Shown here: in pieces, positions 23,534-33,112 of the stretch | Numbering within the stretch: the first letter of the stretch is position 1 | Layout of the letters: each line of letters begins with the position of its first letter | Source: Macrostomum hystrix | Taxonomy: Eukaryota; Animalia; Platyhelminthes | NCBI GenBank assembly: GCA_950097015.1 | Contig: CATNEN010000038.1 | Span: 27,714,001-27,778,000 of the forward strand | Length of the DNA stretch: 64,000 bases | Direction of reading: 5' to 3' | Notes under the pieces: model-generated | What the model saw: the letters and a program-made list of their open reading frames with translations, nothing else | The model's database searches: none | Told to the model about the DNA's origin: nothing | Translations under genes and position numbers: made by a program

Positions 23534-23988
23534 ATTGTTTACGGATGCGTTTAAATGACTTTAATGTTGATCACTTGGTTCGCATTTAGTATCACTGCCA
23601 TGCAAGATAGCTCGTATCATCACCAAAATTTTCTCTCCGATATGGATCACTTTCGTCGACATCCCTTGGGCCATATAGCAAGTCATTGACCCCAATTCAA
23701 TTTCTAAAACAATAACCAGCTTCAATATTACTCGTATATTTTAAACCAGAAGATTTCAAGACTTTCTAAACACTTTTTAGAAGTGTTTCAATTTAACGGA
23801 ATCATCTGCAGACTCATGTAAATAATTATTGTCAGGAGGAATTGTTGTTCAAGCTGGTATGCTTCTGAAAAAGAGCATACTGAAATGTAGATTCGGCAAA
23901 GACAGTCACTTGGTGCTGAAAATTCACGATTCTCTTATTCAACACGATTGCAAACAGTTTGACACCAATTCGAAAGTCAAATCCTTGC

Positions 23989-24720
23989 TCAGCGCACACT
24001 GAGCTTGACCCAGTCGGCGCTTGTCTCGATCGCGGCCTCCACCTGAGCGTCGGTGAACTGCAGCAGACGGCACTTCATCAGGCCGCGGTTGTACAGCACG
24101 TGTCTGCTGTTTCCAGCTCGCATCGCAGCCGCCACACAGTGCATGGCACTCCTCACCTGCAGCAGGTCAGAGTAGCAGTACTCAGAGCTCGGATTGTAGC
24201 TGGTTCGCTTGAACGGAGTCCGCTGCCATGAGGCACTGGCGACAGGCTTGTACGGAGCTGCAGGTGTGAACTCGCAGGCAAAGCCATATGGGAAAGAGCA
24301 TTGAAAATCGAAAATTAAACCGTTGTAAGATAGACAGTCTTCGCCAATCGTCCCTCCATTATTAGGGTTACTGGAACCCCAATTCAAGTCAATCGTCGAT
24401 TGTGTGATGTCTCCGTTTGTCATCCGCCAGCCGATCTTGTTGCTGACTCTCTCATCTGCCAGGTCCGAGCCTCCGATCCACAGCCTGCAGGTTCCGCAGC
24501 TCATGCTGGACATGTTGCTGAGCAGCTTCAGCGAGCTGAGCGAGCTCATGAGCTGGCCTCCGATCGATGCGCACTGCCGATTGGCCGAGCACCAGCTGAA
24601 CTTTTTCGAAGTGCTTCCGAACACGCACCTGCCGGCCTCTAAGCTGAACGGAGTCGGGCACTGAGCCTGCACTGACAGCAGCTGAATGCCGATAAGCAGA
24701 ATCAGGGAATTGAGCTGCAT
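23989..24720 (-). CDS. Secreted C-type lectin + degenerate PAN/apple domain, copy C
   Basis: Intronless 243 aa; signal peptide; CTLD motifs CP.F..C, W..A...C...GG.L, WIG, W....PN, EDC, D..C...FACE. Confidence 0.9.
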   Translation of the reverse strand: MQLNSLILLIGIQLLSVQAQCPTPFSLEAGRCVFGSTSKKFSWCSANRQCASIGGQLMSSLSSLKLLSNMSSMSCGTCRLWIGGSDLADERVSNKIGWRMTNGDITQSTIDLNWGSSNPNNGGTIGEDCLSYNGLIFDFQCSFPYGFACEFTPAAPYKPVASASWQRTPFKRTSYNPSSEYCYSDLLQVRSAMHCVAAAMRAGNSRHVLYNRGLMKCRLLQFTDAQVEAAIETSADWVKLSVR

Positions 24721-24778
24721 CGTAGCCGTGTATGAAACTTGAAAACTCTGGATTTGAGCTGACTAGAGCTCAACAGGC

Positions 24779-24818
24779 TTTTATAGTCGGGTTACTTTCG
24801 CAGCGGGATTCTGATTGG
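24779..24818 (-). promoter_or_regulatory. CCAAT + TATA core promoter of lectin copy C
   Basis: Reverse strand CCAAT (24814-24818) and TATAAAA (24779-24785), about 60 nt before the ATG; same layout as copy D. Confidence 0.55.
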
Positions 24819-26177
24819 TTAAATGAAGCAATATAGTACTCGAACAGCTATACTAATTCTACTGTGAAGTTTTCTAACTTTCAGATATTATTAGGTAATG
24901 CACTTTTAATATTTAAATATTCCCGGGTAAATGGATATTCTGCGGGAAATGGTCACTTGAGATTTTCTATTTTTCATCTTTACATTTTTATATTTTTCTC
25001 TGATTAGAATTTTCCTATCGATTTATACAAACGCTTCATCATACCTTTCGACACAATGTCAAAAAAGTAGCTAATATATAAAAGACTGGGTGCACCCCAC
25101 CTGCCCTTTTTGTGGCTTAGGTGAGCCAACTGCGGCGCACCACGTCACTTCGAAAAAGAGCGCAGGCTGCAGCTTGGCCATCGACGAGCTGACGAGCGTT
25201 TCGCCCCCCCGCAAGTAGTAAGTAAGTAGTAAGTATAACATTATATTGTACTTTTAATCGTGAGGAGTTAATGCTAGAATAGTCTACTAATAAATGGGAT
25301 CTAGCGCTGACCTACAGTGGTAATTAGAGCTTCAGTTTTGAAGAGGTGTGGAAGACCGTATACTTTTCAACGAACCCAGCAGTTAAATTTAAAAAACTAG
25401 CAGCTAGTTTTTATTCAGTTTATTCGGAACAGCGTCGAGAAGCACCGCTCATTATTGGCACCTGTGCCACTGGCTCTACATTCTTCTCAACTGGGTTAGG
25501 TTTAAGCTATAAGGCTATTCCTTAGTTTCATAAAAAATTCGGCATTAAAATTCTAATGAAACTTACCTTTATTAACGGCTGCTTAACAGCCATGAGACAA
25601 CAACCAAGTTGGTACAACTTTTGTTTAATTAACTAGGTACTTTAGTAGCAAGACACGGTGAATTTCCTGCTGATGAGAACGGCACAAACGAATAAACACC
25701 TGCTGCTGTTCACATGGCTGTCAATATCGTCTGTTAATTGGACTGAATTATCAAATAAGTTTTGGATAACTTAGTATAAATAAGACCATATAAATAAGCT
25801 ACGAAATAAGTACAACAGGAGAGTAAAAAGTTTAACAGTCAAAGTCACTGATTCATTTAATCATTCGTTTTTGTCCAAATAAATTCATAACCCGTAAACA
25901 GAGCAGTAGAGTACTTGATCACAAACATCGCACGTGTTTCCAACACGGTGCTGTCTGAATGGCAAAAGGTTATGTTCACGACAGTAACTTCTTAAGCTAA
26001 ATTCAAGCCGTCCACACCCCATTGCTTGAAAGTGATTTGAAGTGCTAATTTAGCTGCTTAGTACACCATAACAAAATGTGATTTACGGCTGGAGAATCGA
26101 GTGAATGTTGTTTAGAGCCAGCCAAAAATTTACATTTCCAACAATCTCGCTCGGTAACAAATCGTTTGTGCCTGCGT

Positions 26178-26273
26178 TCGGTATCTGTGTGCGTGTGTGC
26201 TCAAGAGTCAGCGAAATAGGCAGAATGGGCTCCTCACTGGCTGCGGGTCTAGTGTCACCAAATGATGTGCCTT
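26178..26273 (+). mobile_element. SINE family 1 fragment
   Basis: Matches the 3' body of the family. Confidence 0.7.
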
Positions 26274-26299
26274 TGAGCAATTTACTCACTTACCCACTT

Positions 26300-27072
26300 G
26301 GGGTTTCTCTGATAAAGACAGGCATTGGTTCTCTGATAAAGACAGGCATTGGTTCTCTGATAAAGACAGGCATTGGTTCTCTGATAAAGACAGGCATTGG
26401 TTCTCTGATAAAGACAGGCATTGGTTCTCTGATAGTGACAGGCATTGGTTCTCTGATAAAGACAGGCATTGGTTCTCTGATAGTGACAGGCATTGGTTCT
26501 CTCATAAAGAGAGGCATTGGTTCTCTGATAAAGACAGGCATTGGTTCTCTGATAAAGACAGGCATTGGTTCTCTGATAAAGACAGGCATTGGTTCTCTGA
26601 TAAAGACAGGCATTGGTTCTCTGATAAAGACAGGCATTGGTACTCTGATAAAGACAGGCATTGGTTCTCTGATAAAGACAGGCATTGGTTCTCTGATAGT
26701 GACAGGCATTGGTTCTCTGATAAAGACAGGCATTGGTTCTCTGATAGTGACAGGCATTGGTTCTCTCATAAAGAGAGGCATTGGTTCTCTGATAAAGACA
26801 GGCATTGGTTCTCTGATAAAGACAGGCATTGGTTCTCTGATAAAGACAGGCATTGGTTCTCTGATAAAGACAGGCATTGGTTCTCTGATAAAGACAGGCA
26901 TTGGTACTCTGATAAAGACAGGCATTGGTTCTCTGATAAAGACAGGCATTGGTTCTCTGATAAAGACAGGCATTGGTTCTCTGATAAAGACAGGCATTGG
27001 TTCTCTGATAGAGACAGGCATTGGTTCTCTGATAGAGACAGGCACTGGTTCTCTGATAAAGACAGGCATTGG
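26300..27072. repeat. 24 bp minisatellite (TTCTCTGATAAAGACAGGCATTGG)
   Basis: About 32 near-perfect tandem units. Confidence 0.95.
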
Positions 27073-27351
27073 AAGGGGCATTATTTATTATCATTAATTA
27101 TCAATGAAACGCGCACGCTACTTTGGGTGCTGATTTTTATTTTAATTTATATATATTTTTGGTTGCGCGGTTCACTGCTTTTCTGCTTTATTAAATTGGT
27201 TCTCCCATGATATTTTTACATCAGAGGGAATTGTGTTAGGGGCATTAGCTTATTATGGGATATTTCAATTGAGGATTTGCGAAACATATTGATGGGTTAT
27301 TTTAGCGTAATGTTGGGTAATTTTCTAATTAGGGGATAATATAAAATGAAA

Positions 27352-27705
27352 ATAATTGCAGGAGGGCTGCGGGCAATGGAACATCATTTGGTGACACTAG
27401 ACCCGCAGCCAGCGAGGAGGCAATTCTGCCCATTTCGCTGACTCCTGAGCACACACGCACACAGATACCGTACGCAGGCACACACTCACACAGGTGTGTA
27501 CATCTGCCCTGACTTTCTCATTGTCAGGCAGTGTACACTTCACTGCGCCTTGGAGGTTGGCCCTCAAGGGCGTAAATTCCATGACAAGCCCCCAAGTCTT
27601 CTCTCTGCGGCTGCGCCCCAAATGAATGTGGCCTCGCTGTGGAATCGAACTTAGGGACCTTGTTGCGAGAGACAGACGCGATAACCGCTCTGCCACCGAC
27701 CCCCC
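27352..27705 (-). mobile_element. SINE family 1, full-length copy
   Basis: Complete head, body and tail on the reverse strand. Confidence 0.9.
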
Positions 27706-28346
27706 TAATTTAAGGTATTTTTTTGCTTAGGGGTTTCTGCTTGTGCTCCCAGGCGGGCTTACATGCAAATTGCTGTCTGTTGTCTGTCTTAGTGGATGTC
27801 TTGTTGTCTGTTTATCCAGTAATCAAAATAAAATGGACGGAACCAATGGAAGGAGCTGTAAAAATTTTTTTATGGCAACATTTTAAAAAACGTAAGTTTC
27901 CTTTTGTAGGTGAACTCTTTGCAGGCCCACTTGGTGGCTTAGCATGCTAGTTTTTGCACACTAGACTGATCATTTTAAATGCGCAAATTTTTTTCACCCC
28001 AAACTAGGAATCTAAGAAGTTATCGATTTACTTTAGCTGCATTGTCATAAGAGTGGTAGCTTCCATACATGGTTAGAAGGAGGAGCAACTGCAACTCCCC
28101 TGACTTAAAAGTGCTCACAAACGCAAGGTATTCGTAAAATCCAAAGAAAAATGCTCCTTTGTGAAAAATTTGTCAATTTTTCCTGAAACGAAGTTTCAGC
28201 CCGACTTTTTTGTTCCTGTCGCCGTTTAGCGTCGAGGCCGCAACACTTGCATTAAAAAACCCTTGGCGTTAAAAAAGTCCCAACTTACGACTTGCTTGTC
28301 AAGTAAAAATGGTCAGTAAAAAACCTTGGCAATTGACTGCGTTCAG

Positions 28347-28372
28347 CCAATCGAAATTCTTTCATATAAAAA
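28347..28372 (+). promoter_or_regulatory. CCAAT + TATA core promoter of lectin copy D
   Basis: CCAAT at 28347 and TATAAAA at 28365, about 60 nt before the ATG. Confidence 0.55.
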
Positions 28373-28430
28373 CCCGTTGTAGCTTTCTCAGGAGCAGTTA
28401 CTGAATTCTTTAGTCTCATACACAGCCACG

Positions 28431-29156
28431 ATGCAGCTCAATTCCCTGATTCTGCTTATCGGCATTCAGCTGCTGTCAGTGCAGGCTCAGTGCCCGACTC
28501 CGTTCAGCCTGCAGGCTGGCAGGTGCGTGTTCAGAAACACCTCACCAAGCTTCAGCTGGTGCTCGGCCAATCGGCAGTGCGCATCGATCGGAGGCCAGCT
28601 CATGAGCTCGTTCAGCTCGCTGAAGCTGCTCAGCAACATGTCCAGCATGAGCTGCGGAAACTGCAGGCTGTGGATCGGAGGCTCGGACCTGGCAGATGAG
28701 AGAGTCGGCAACAAGATCGGCTGGCGGATGACAAACGGAGACATCACGCAATCGACGAGTGACTTGAATTGGGGTTCCAGTAACCCCAACGATGGAGGGG
28801 GCAATGAAGACTGCGCTTGTTACTCAGGAGGTTCAATTTTAGATTTCCGGTGCTCGATTGCTTATGGCTTTGCCTGCGAGTTCGCACCTGCAGCTCCGTA
28901 CAAGCCTGTCGCCAGTGCCTCATGGCAGCGGACTCCGTTCAAGCGAACCAGCTACAATCCGAGCTCTGAGTACTGCTACTCTGACCTGGACGTGGCCAAC
29001 CATCTCGAGTGCATGGCGGCCGCTATGAAATCGGGCAACAGCAGACACGTGCTGTACAGCAGTGTGCTGAAGATCTGCCGCCTGCTGCAGTTCACTGACG
29101 CTCAGGTTGAGGAGGCCATCGAGACGAGCGCCGACTGGGTCAAGTTCCGCATGTAA
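28431..29156 (+). CDS. Secreted C-type lectin + degenerate PAN/apple domain, copy D
   Basis: Intronless 241 aa ORF; same motifs as copy C; AATAAA near 29213. Confidence 0.9.
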   Translation: MQLNSLILLIGIQLLSVQAQCPTPFSLQAGRCVFRNTSPSFSWCSANRQCASIGGQLMSSFSSLKLLSNMSSMSCGNCRLWIGGSDLADERVGNKIGWRMTNGDITQSTSDLNWGSSNPNDGGGNEDCACYSGGSILDFRCSIAYGFACEFAPAAPYKPVASASWQRTPFKRTSYNPSSEYCYSDLDVANHLECMAAAMKSGNSRHVLYSSVLKICRLLQFTDAQVEEAIETSADWVKFRM

Positions 29157-29394
29157 TGAGCGAGCTTGCTAGCTGTGATATTTTCTTGGCAAATGATAAA
29201 AAGTGCTGTAACAATAAAATTTTGAACGCAGAACGTCAGTAAGAACTTATCTGGATGTTTGTTTGTTTGTGTTTTCCATGCGAATGTGTGCCATATTTGA
29301 TATAATTGGAGATGTCCATTGACTATATATGTAACCCCCTTTCGGGATTCATCCCAGGTTTTTTGTTTCAAATAGCGCCTAATTTTCTAAATTA

Positions 29395-29680
29395 GAGGAG
29401 TGCCATGCACTGTGTGGCGGCTGCGATGCGAGCTGGAAACAGCAGACACGTGCCGTACAACCGCGGGCTAGCGGTGTGCCGCCTGCTGCAATTCACTGAC
29501 GCTCAGGTGGAGTCCGCGATCGAGACAAGCGCCGACTGGGTCAAGCTCAGTGTGCGCTGAGCAAGGATTTGACTTTGGAATTGGTTTTAAACTGTGTGCG
29601 AGCCGCTTTAATATCAGAATCGTTAATCTATTCAACAGCGATTAACACTGAGTGACTATCTTTACAGTATCTACATCTGA
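29395..29680 (+). pseudogene. Orphan C-terminal cassette of the lectin family (copy G; coding 29396-29540 plus C-like 3' UTR)
   Basis: RSAMHCVAAAMRAGNSRHV...WVKLSVR* and the downstream flank match the copy C tail and 3' flank (23885-24155). Confidence 0.85.
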
Positions 29681-30599
29681 TTTTTTTCGAATAGCTTCGA
29701 GTGATGATGCATGTCCCATGCATCGACTAAATAATCAAATTAAATAAATAAATATAAAAATAAATAAGCTGAACATTGGATGTCTCCAAGTTTTTTTCAC
29801 ATTACGCAGCGCGATTGAGAGAAAAAGTTGGGCAGCCCACTATAGCTATACCCACAACAGTTATAATCGGAGTAAGAGAGAGAAAAATTGCTTAGGCAAA
29901 AATAATTTTTATCTCAATTTGCGCTTAATTCTACTAACATCTCTCATCGCAAGAGTAGGATAATACTTATAATGCTTTTTATCAAGCAATGTAGCTCGAT
30001 TGATGAATTTATATTCAACTTTCTTGACTTTCTGGCCATAGACTATTTTACAAATGGAGGTCCATGTTGGTATTGATGTAGTCTCCAGGCGGGAACCCTA
30101 TTCACTTGCAGAGGGTGGCGGTCACAGACGGACAATGGCATTGACGCGCAGCGCTAACGTTGTCAAGCCCACGGGCTGCGCAAATATACGAGCAACCGAA
30201 AGTTCATTTCTCTCTCTCTCTCGCATCGGCTCGCGAGCCACTACAAGAGACACTATTGGATTAACAGAACAGATTGTGCAGTAGGTGCAAATAAAAGTTG
30301 AAAACGAGGACCCCTTCGTATTTAAATGTGTAGTTGGAATAGCTCGTAGATATAGCACTGCCCGTTCAATTCCTAAAAAGAAAATCCCAGCAAATTAAAA
30401 AAGTGGTTTCAAAATATGTAAATTTATTTCCATTTATAAGTCTAACTTAAAATAAGCCAAAAGGTTCCTCTGATACCTGATTGCTTCAAATTTCTGCTAA
30501 AGCAGAAACTAAATTTATTGTTTTTTTCACTTGAGTCTTTAACTTGAGTCCTAAGTCAAGGGCTAGACTGAAAATTCAAACTCAAGGCTCGACCCTCAC

Positions 30600-31343
30600 T
30601 TAGCCAAGCTCGTACACGCTGAACTTGACCCAGTCGGCACTTGTCTCGATGGCCTCCTCAACCTGAGCGTCAGTGAACTGCAGCAGGCGGCAGATCTTCA
30701 GCACACTGTTGTACAGCACGTGTCTGCTGTTGCCCGATTCCATAGCGGCCACCATGCAGTCGAGATGGTTGGCCACCTGCAGCAGGTCAGAGTAGCAGTA
30801 CTCAGAGCTCGGATTGTAGCTGGTTCGCTTGAACGGAGTCCGCTGCCATGAGGCACTGGCGACAGACTTGTACGGAGCTGCAGGTGCGAACTCGCAGGCA
30901 AAGCCATAAGAAATCGAGCACCGGAAATCTAAAATTGAACCTCCTGAGTAACAAGCGCAGTCTTCATTGCCCCCTCCATCGTTGGGGTTACTGGAACCCC
31001 AATTCAAGTCACTCGTCGATTGCGTGATGTCTCCGTTTGTCATCCGCCAGCCGATCTTGTTGCTGATTCTCTCATCTGCCAGGTCCGAGCCTCCGATCCA
31101 CAGCCTGCAGGTTCCGCAGCTCATGCTGGACATGTTGCTGAGCAGCTTCAGCGAGCTGAATGAGCTCATGAGCTGGCCTCCGATCGATGCGCACTGCCGA
31201 TTGGCCGAGCACCAGCTGAAGCTTGGTGAGGTGTTTCCGAACACGCACCTGTCAGCCTGCAGGCTGAACGGAGTCGGGCACTGAGCCTGCATTGACAGCA
31301 GCTGAATGACTAGAAGTAGAAATACAGAACCATTTAGCTGCAT
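30600..31343 (-). CDS. Secreted C-type lectin + degenerate PAN/apple domain, copy E
   Basis: Intronless 247 aa ORF; near-identical to D in the lectin domain; TATA-like element near 31401-31408. Confidence 0.9.
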   Translation of the reverse strand: MQLNGSVFLLLVIQLLSMQAQCPTPFSLQADRCVFGNTSPSFSWCSANRQCASIGGQLMSSFSSLKLLSNMSSMSCGTCRLWIGGSDLADERISNKIGWRMTNGDITQSTSDLNWGSSNPNDGGGNEDCACYSGGSILDFRCSISYGFACEFAPAAPYKSVASASWQRTPFKRTSYNPSSEYCYSDLLQVANHLDCMVAAMESGNSRHVLYNSVLKICRLLQFTDAQVEEAIETSADWVKFSVYELG

Positions 31344-32365
31344 TATTACACAGTTTGCAATTTTAAGAAAGAAAATTAGCTGACAATATGCTGCACTAGC
31401 TTTTTATAATGCATACTATTTACTCTGTTCGATTCTATCTGTTGACGAAGCGAGAGAAGTAAATTCCGGGGAACTTCCGGTAACCGGGATCAACAGTCAT
31501 GGCGGGGATATTCTTAAAAAACAGACATTCATTTAACTAAATACGAGTAAATTATGCGTGTTTAACAGTGGCTGCAGCTGGGTGTGTGAGGAGGACATCC
31601 ATATCCTTGTTGTTTGCTAAGTTTGGCTGCTTCTGAAATCTGAAAAACCAAGAGTGTGAGCCACAAAAAAGCCAAAAAGCTCGATTTCATTATTACGAGT
31701 ACAATTTAGTATTTTTGCAAATTAACCAGCTCAAGCGATCGCTGCGAAATGGTATACCATGTATTCTGTGTGGTATACTGCCCGCAAAGAAAGTAAATTA
31801 AAACTCTTACGATTTACGATTCCATTGCAGCGACAAACGCTAGAAGACAGGGCTAATGCATCCTGTTAATTTTTCCTGTAGACATACACTTTAATGTAAT
31901 TGACTTCCTGGAGCTATTTGTGTCCATGGTAACGGCAGGCAAACAAATAGCTTCATAAGTTGACAGCCCCAGCATGTGGAACAATAGGTATGACGACGTT
32001 AAGTAAACGAATGAGATGACGAAAGTGGCTTGCACATACGAGGTATTGCATTTTTGTTTGGTAACATTTACTGAAGATTTCATCTTTTACGTTCGTATTT
32101 ACTACTTAATATGTCAGTAATTAGTAATTATACTACTTTCCAAGCCTAATTATTGAATTATATAGCAAAGCGACGAATCATTTGGGCATTTAAATGATTT
32201 CTGAATTTTCCGACAAAGCGTTGCTAACTGAGAAAATACTTTATAAAAATGTTTTAACTGTCAAACAGGTCTGTTATAACTGTTGGCAGGCTTTAGAAAA
32301 TAATATGTTGGCGTCTTCGTCACACTTCCAAAAGTTTTAGACGCCTAAACAGTGTGCAACTGCTT

Positions 32366-33112
32366 TTAGTACACCTTGAACATGTACTTGACCCAGTCAG
32401 CGCTCGTCTCGATGGCCTCCTCAACCTGAGCGTCGGTGAACTGCAGCAGGCGGCACTTCATCAGGCCGCGGTTGTACAGCACGTGTCTGCTGTTTCCAGC
32501 TCGCATCGCAGCTGCCACACAGTGCATGACACTCTTCACCTGCAGCAGGTCAGTGTGGCAGTACTCAGAGCTCTGATGGTAGCTGGTTCGCTTGAACGGA
32601 GTCCGCTGCCATGAGGCACTCGACTCGACCCGCTTGGAAATTTCCGAATCGAATTCGCAGGCAAAACCAAGTGCAGAACTGCACATGTCATTCGCGATAT
32701 TTCCCTGTACGGTGAACTTCTGAATGCAGTTTTCCATAGTGTCTCTATTCGGGTCTCCCGGATGCCAAAACGAGTCTTCCAGCGAAAGTATCCCCTTATT
32801 GTTTACCTGCTGCCAGCCAGTCCGATTGCTCCATCTTTCGTTGGCCAAGTCGGTCACTCCAAGCCAAATTTTTGAATAGTTTCTGAAGCTCATCATGGTG
32901 GTGAGCAGCTGCAGCGAGCTGTAAGAGTTCATTAGCTCGCCTCCGATCGATGCGCACTGCCGATTGGCCGAGCACCAGCTGAAACTCAGCGAATAGTTCA
33001 CGAACACGCATTTGCTTGAGTCTAGACTGAACGGAGCCGGGCACTTAGCCTGCACAATGAGAAGCAGCAGACTCCAGACCACAATCTGAAGGGGACTCAA
33101 AACAACAGCCAT
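32366..33112 (-). CDS. Secreted C-type lectin + degenerate PAN/apple domain, copy F
   Basis: Intronless 248 aa ORF; divergent lectin core (WLGVTD, WHPGDPN, ENC, ANDMC); C-terminus nearly identical to copy C. Confidence 0.9.
   Translation of the reverse strand: MAVVLSPLQIVVWSLLLLIVQAKCPAPFSLDSSKCVFVNYSLSFSWCSANRQCASIGGELMNSYSSLQLLTTMMSFRNYSKIWLGVTDLANERWSNRTGWQQVNNKGILSLEDSFWHPGDPNRDTMENCIQKFTVQGNIANDMCSSALGFACEFDSEISKRVESSASWQRTPFKRTSYHQSSEYCHTDLLQVKSVMHCVAAAMRAGNSRHVLYNRGLMKCRLLQFTDAQVEEAIETSADWVKYMFKVY

Noticed and set aside
26105-27097. Long repetitive ORFs (SLIKTGIG and similar ones at 9138, 22345, 42139, 44326, 47982, 51008)
   Set aside because: By-products of stop-free minisatellite units; no splice or start context; several lie in introns
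17577-33112. Diversity-generating retroelement acting on the lectin genes
   Set aside because: No DGR reverse transcriptase, and no template/variable repeat pair differing only at adenines; differences include indels and all base types
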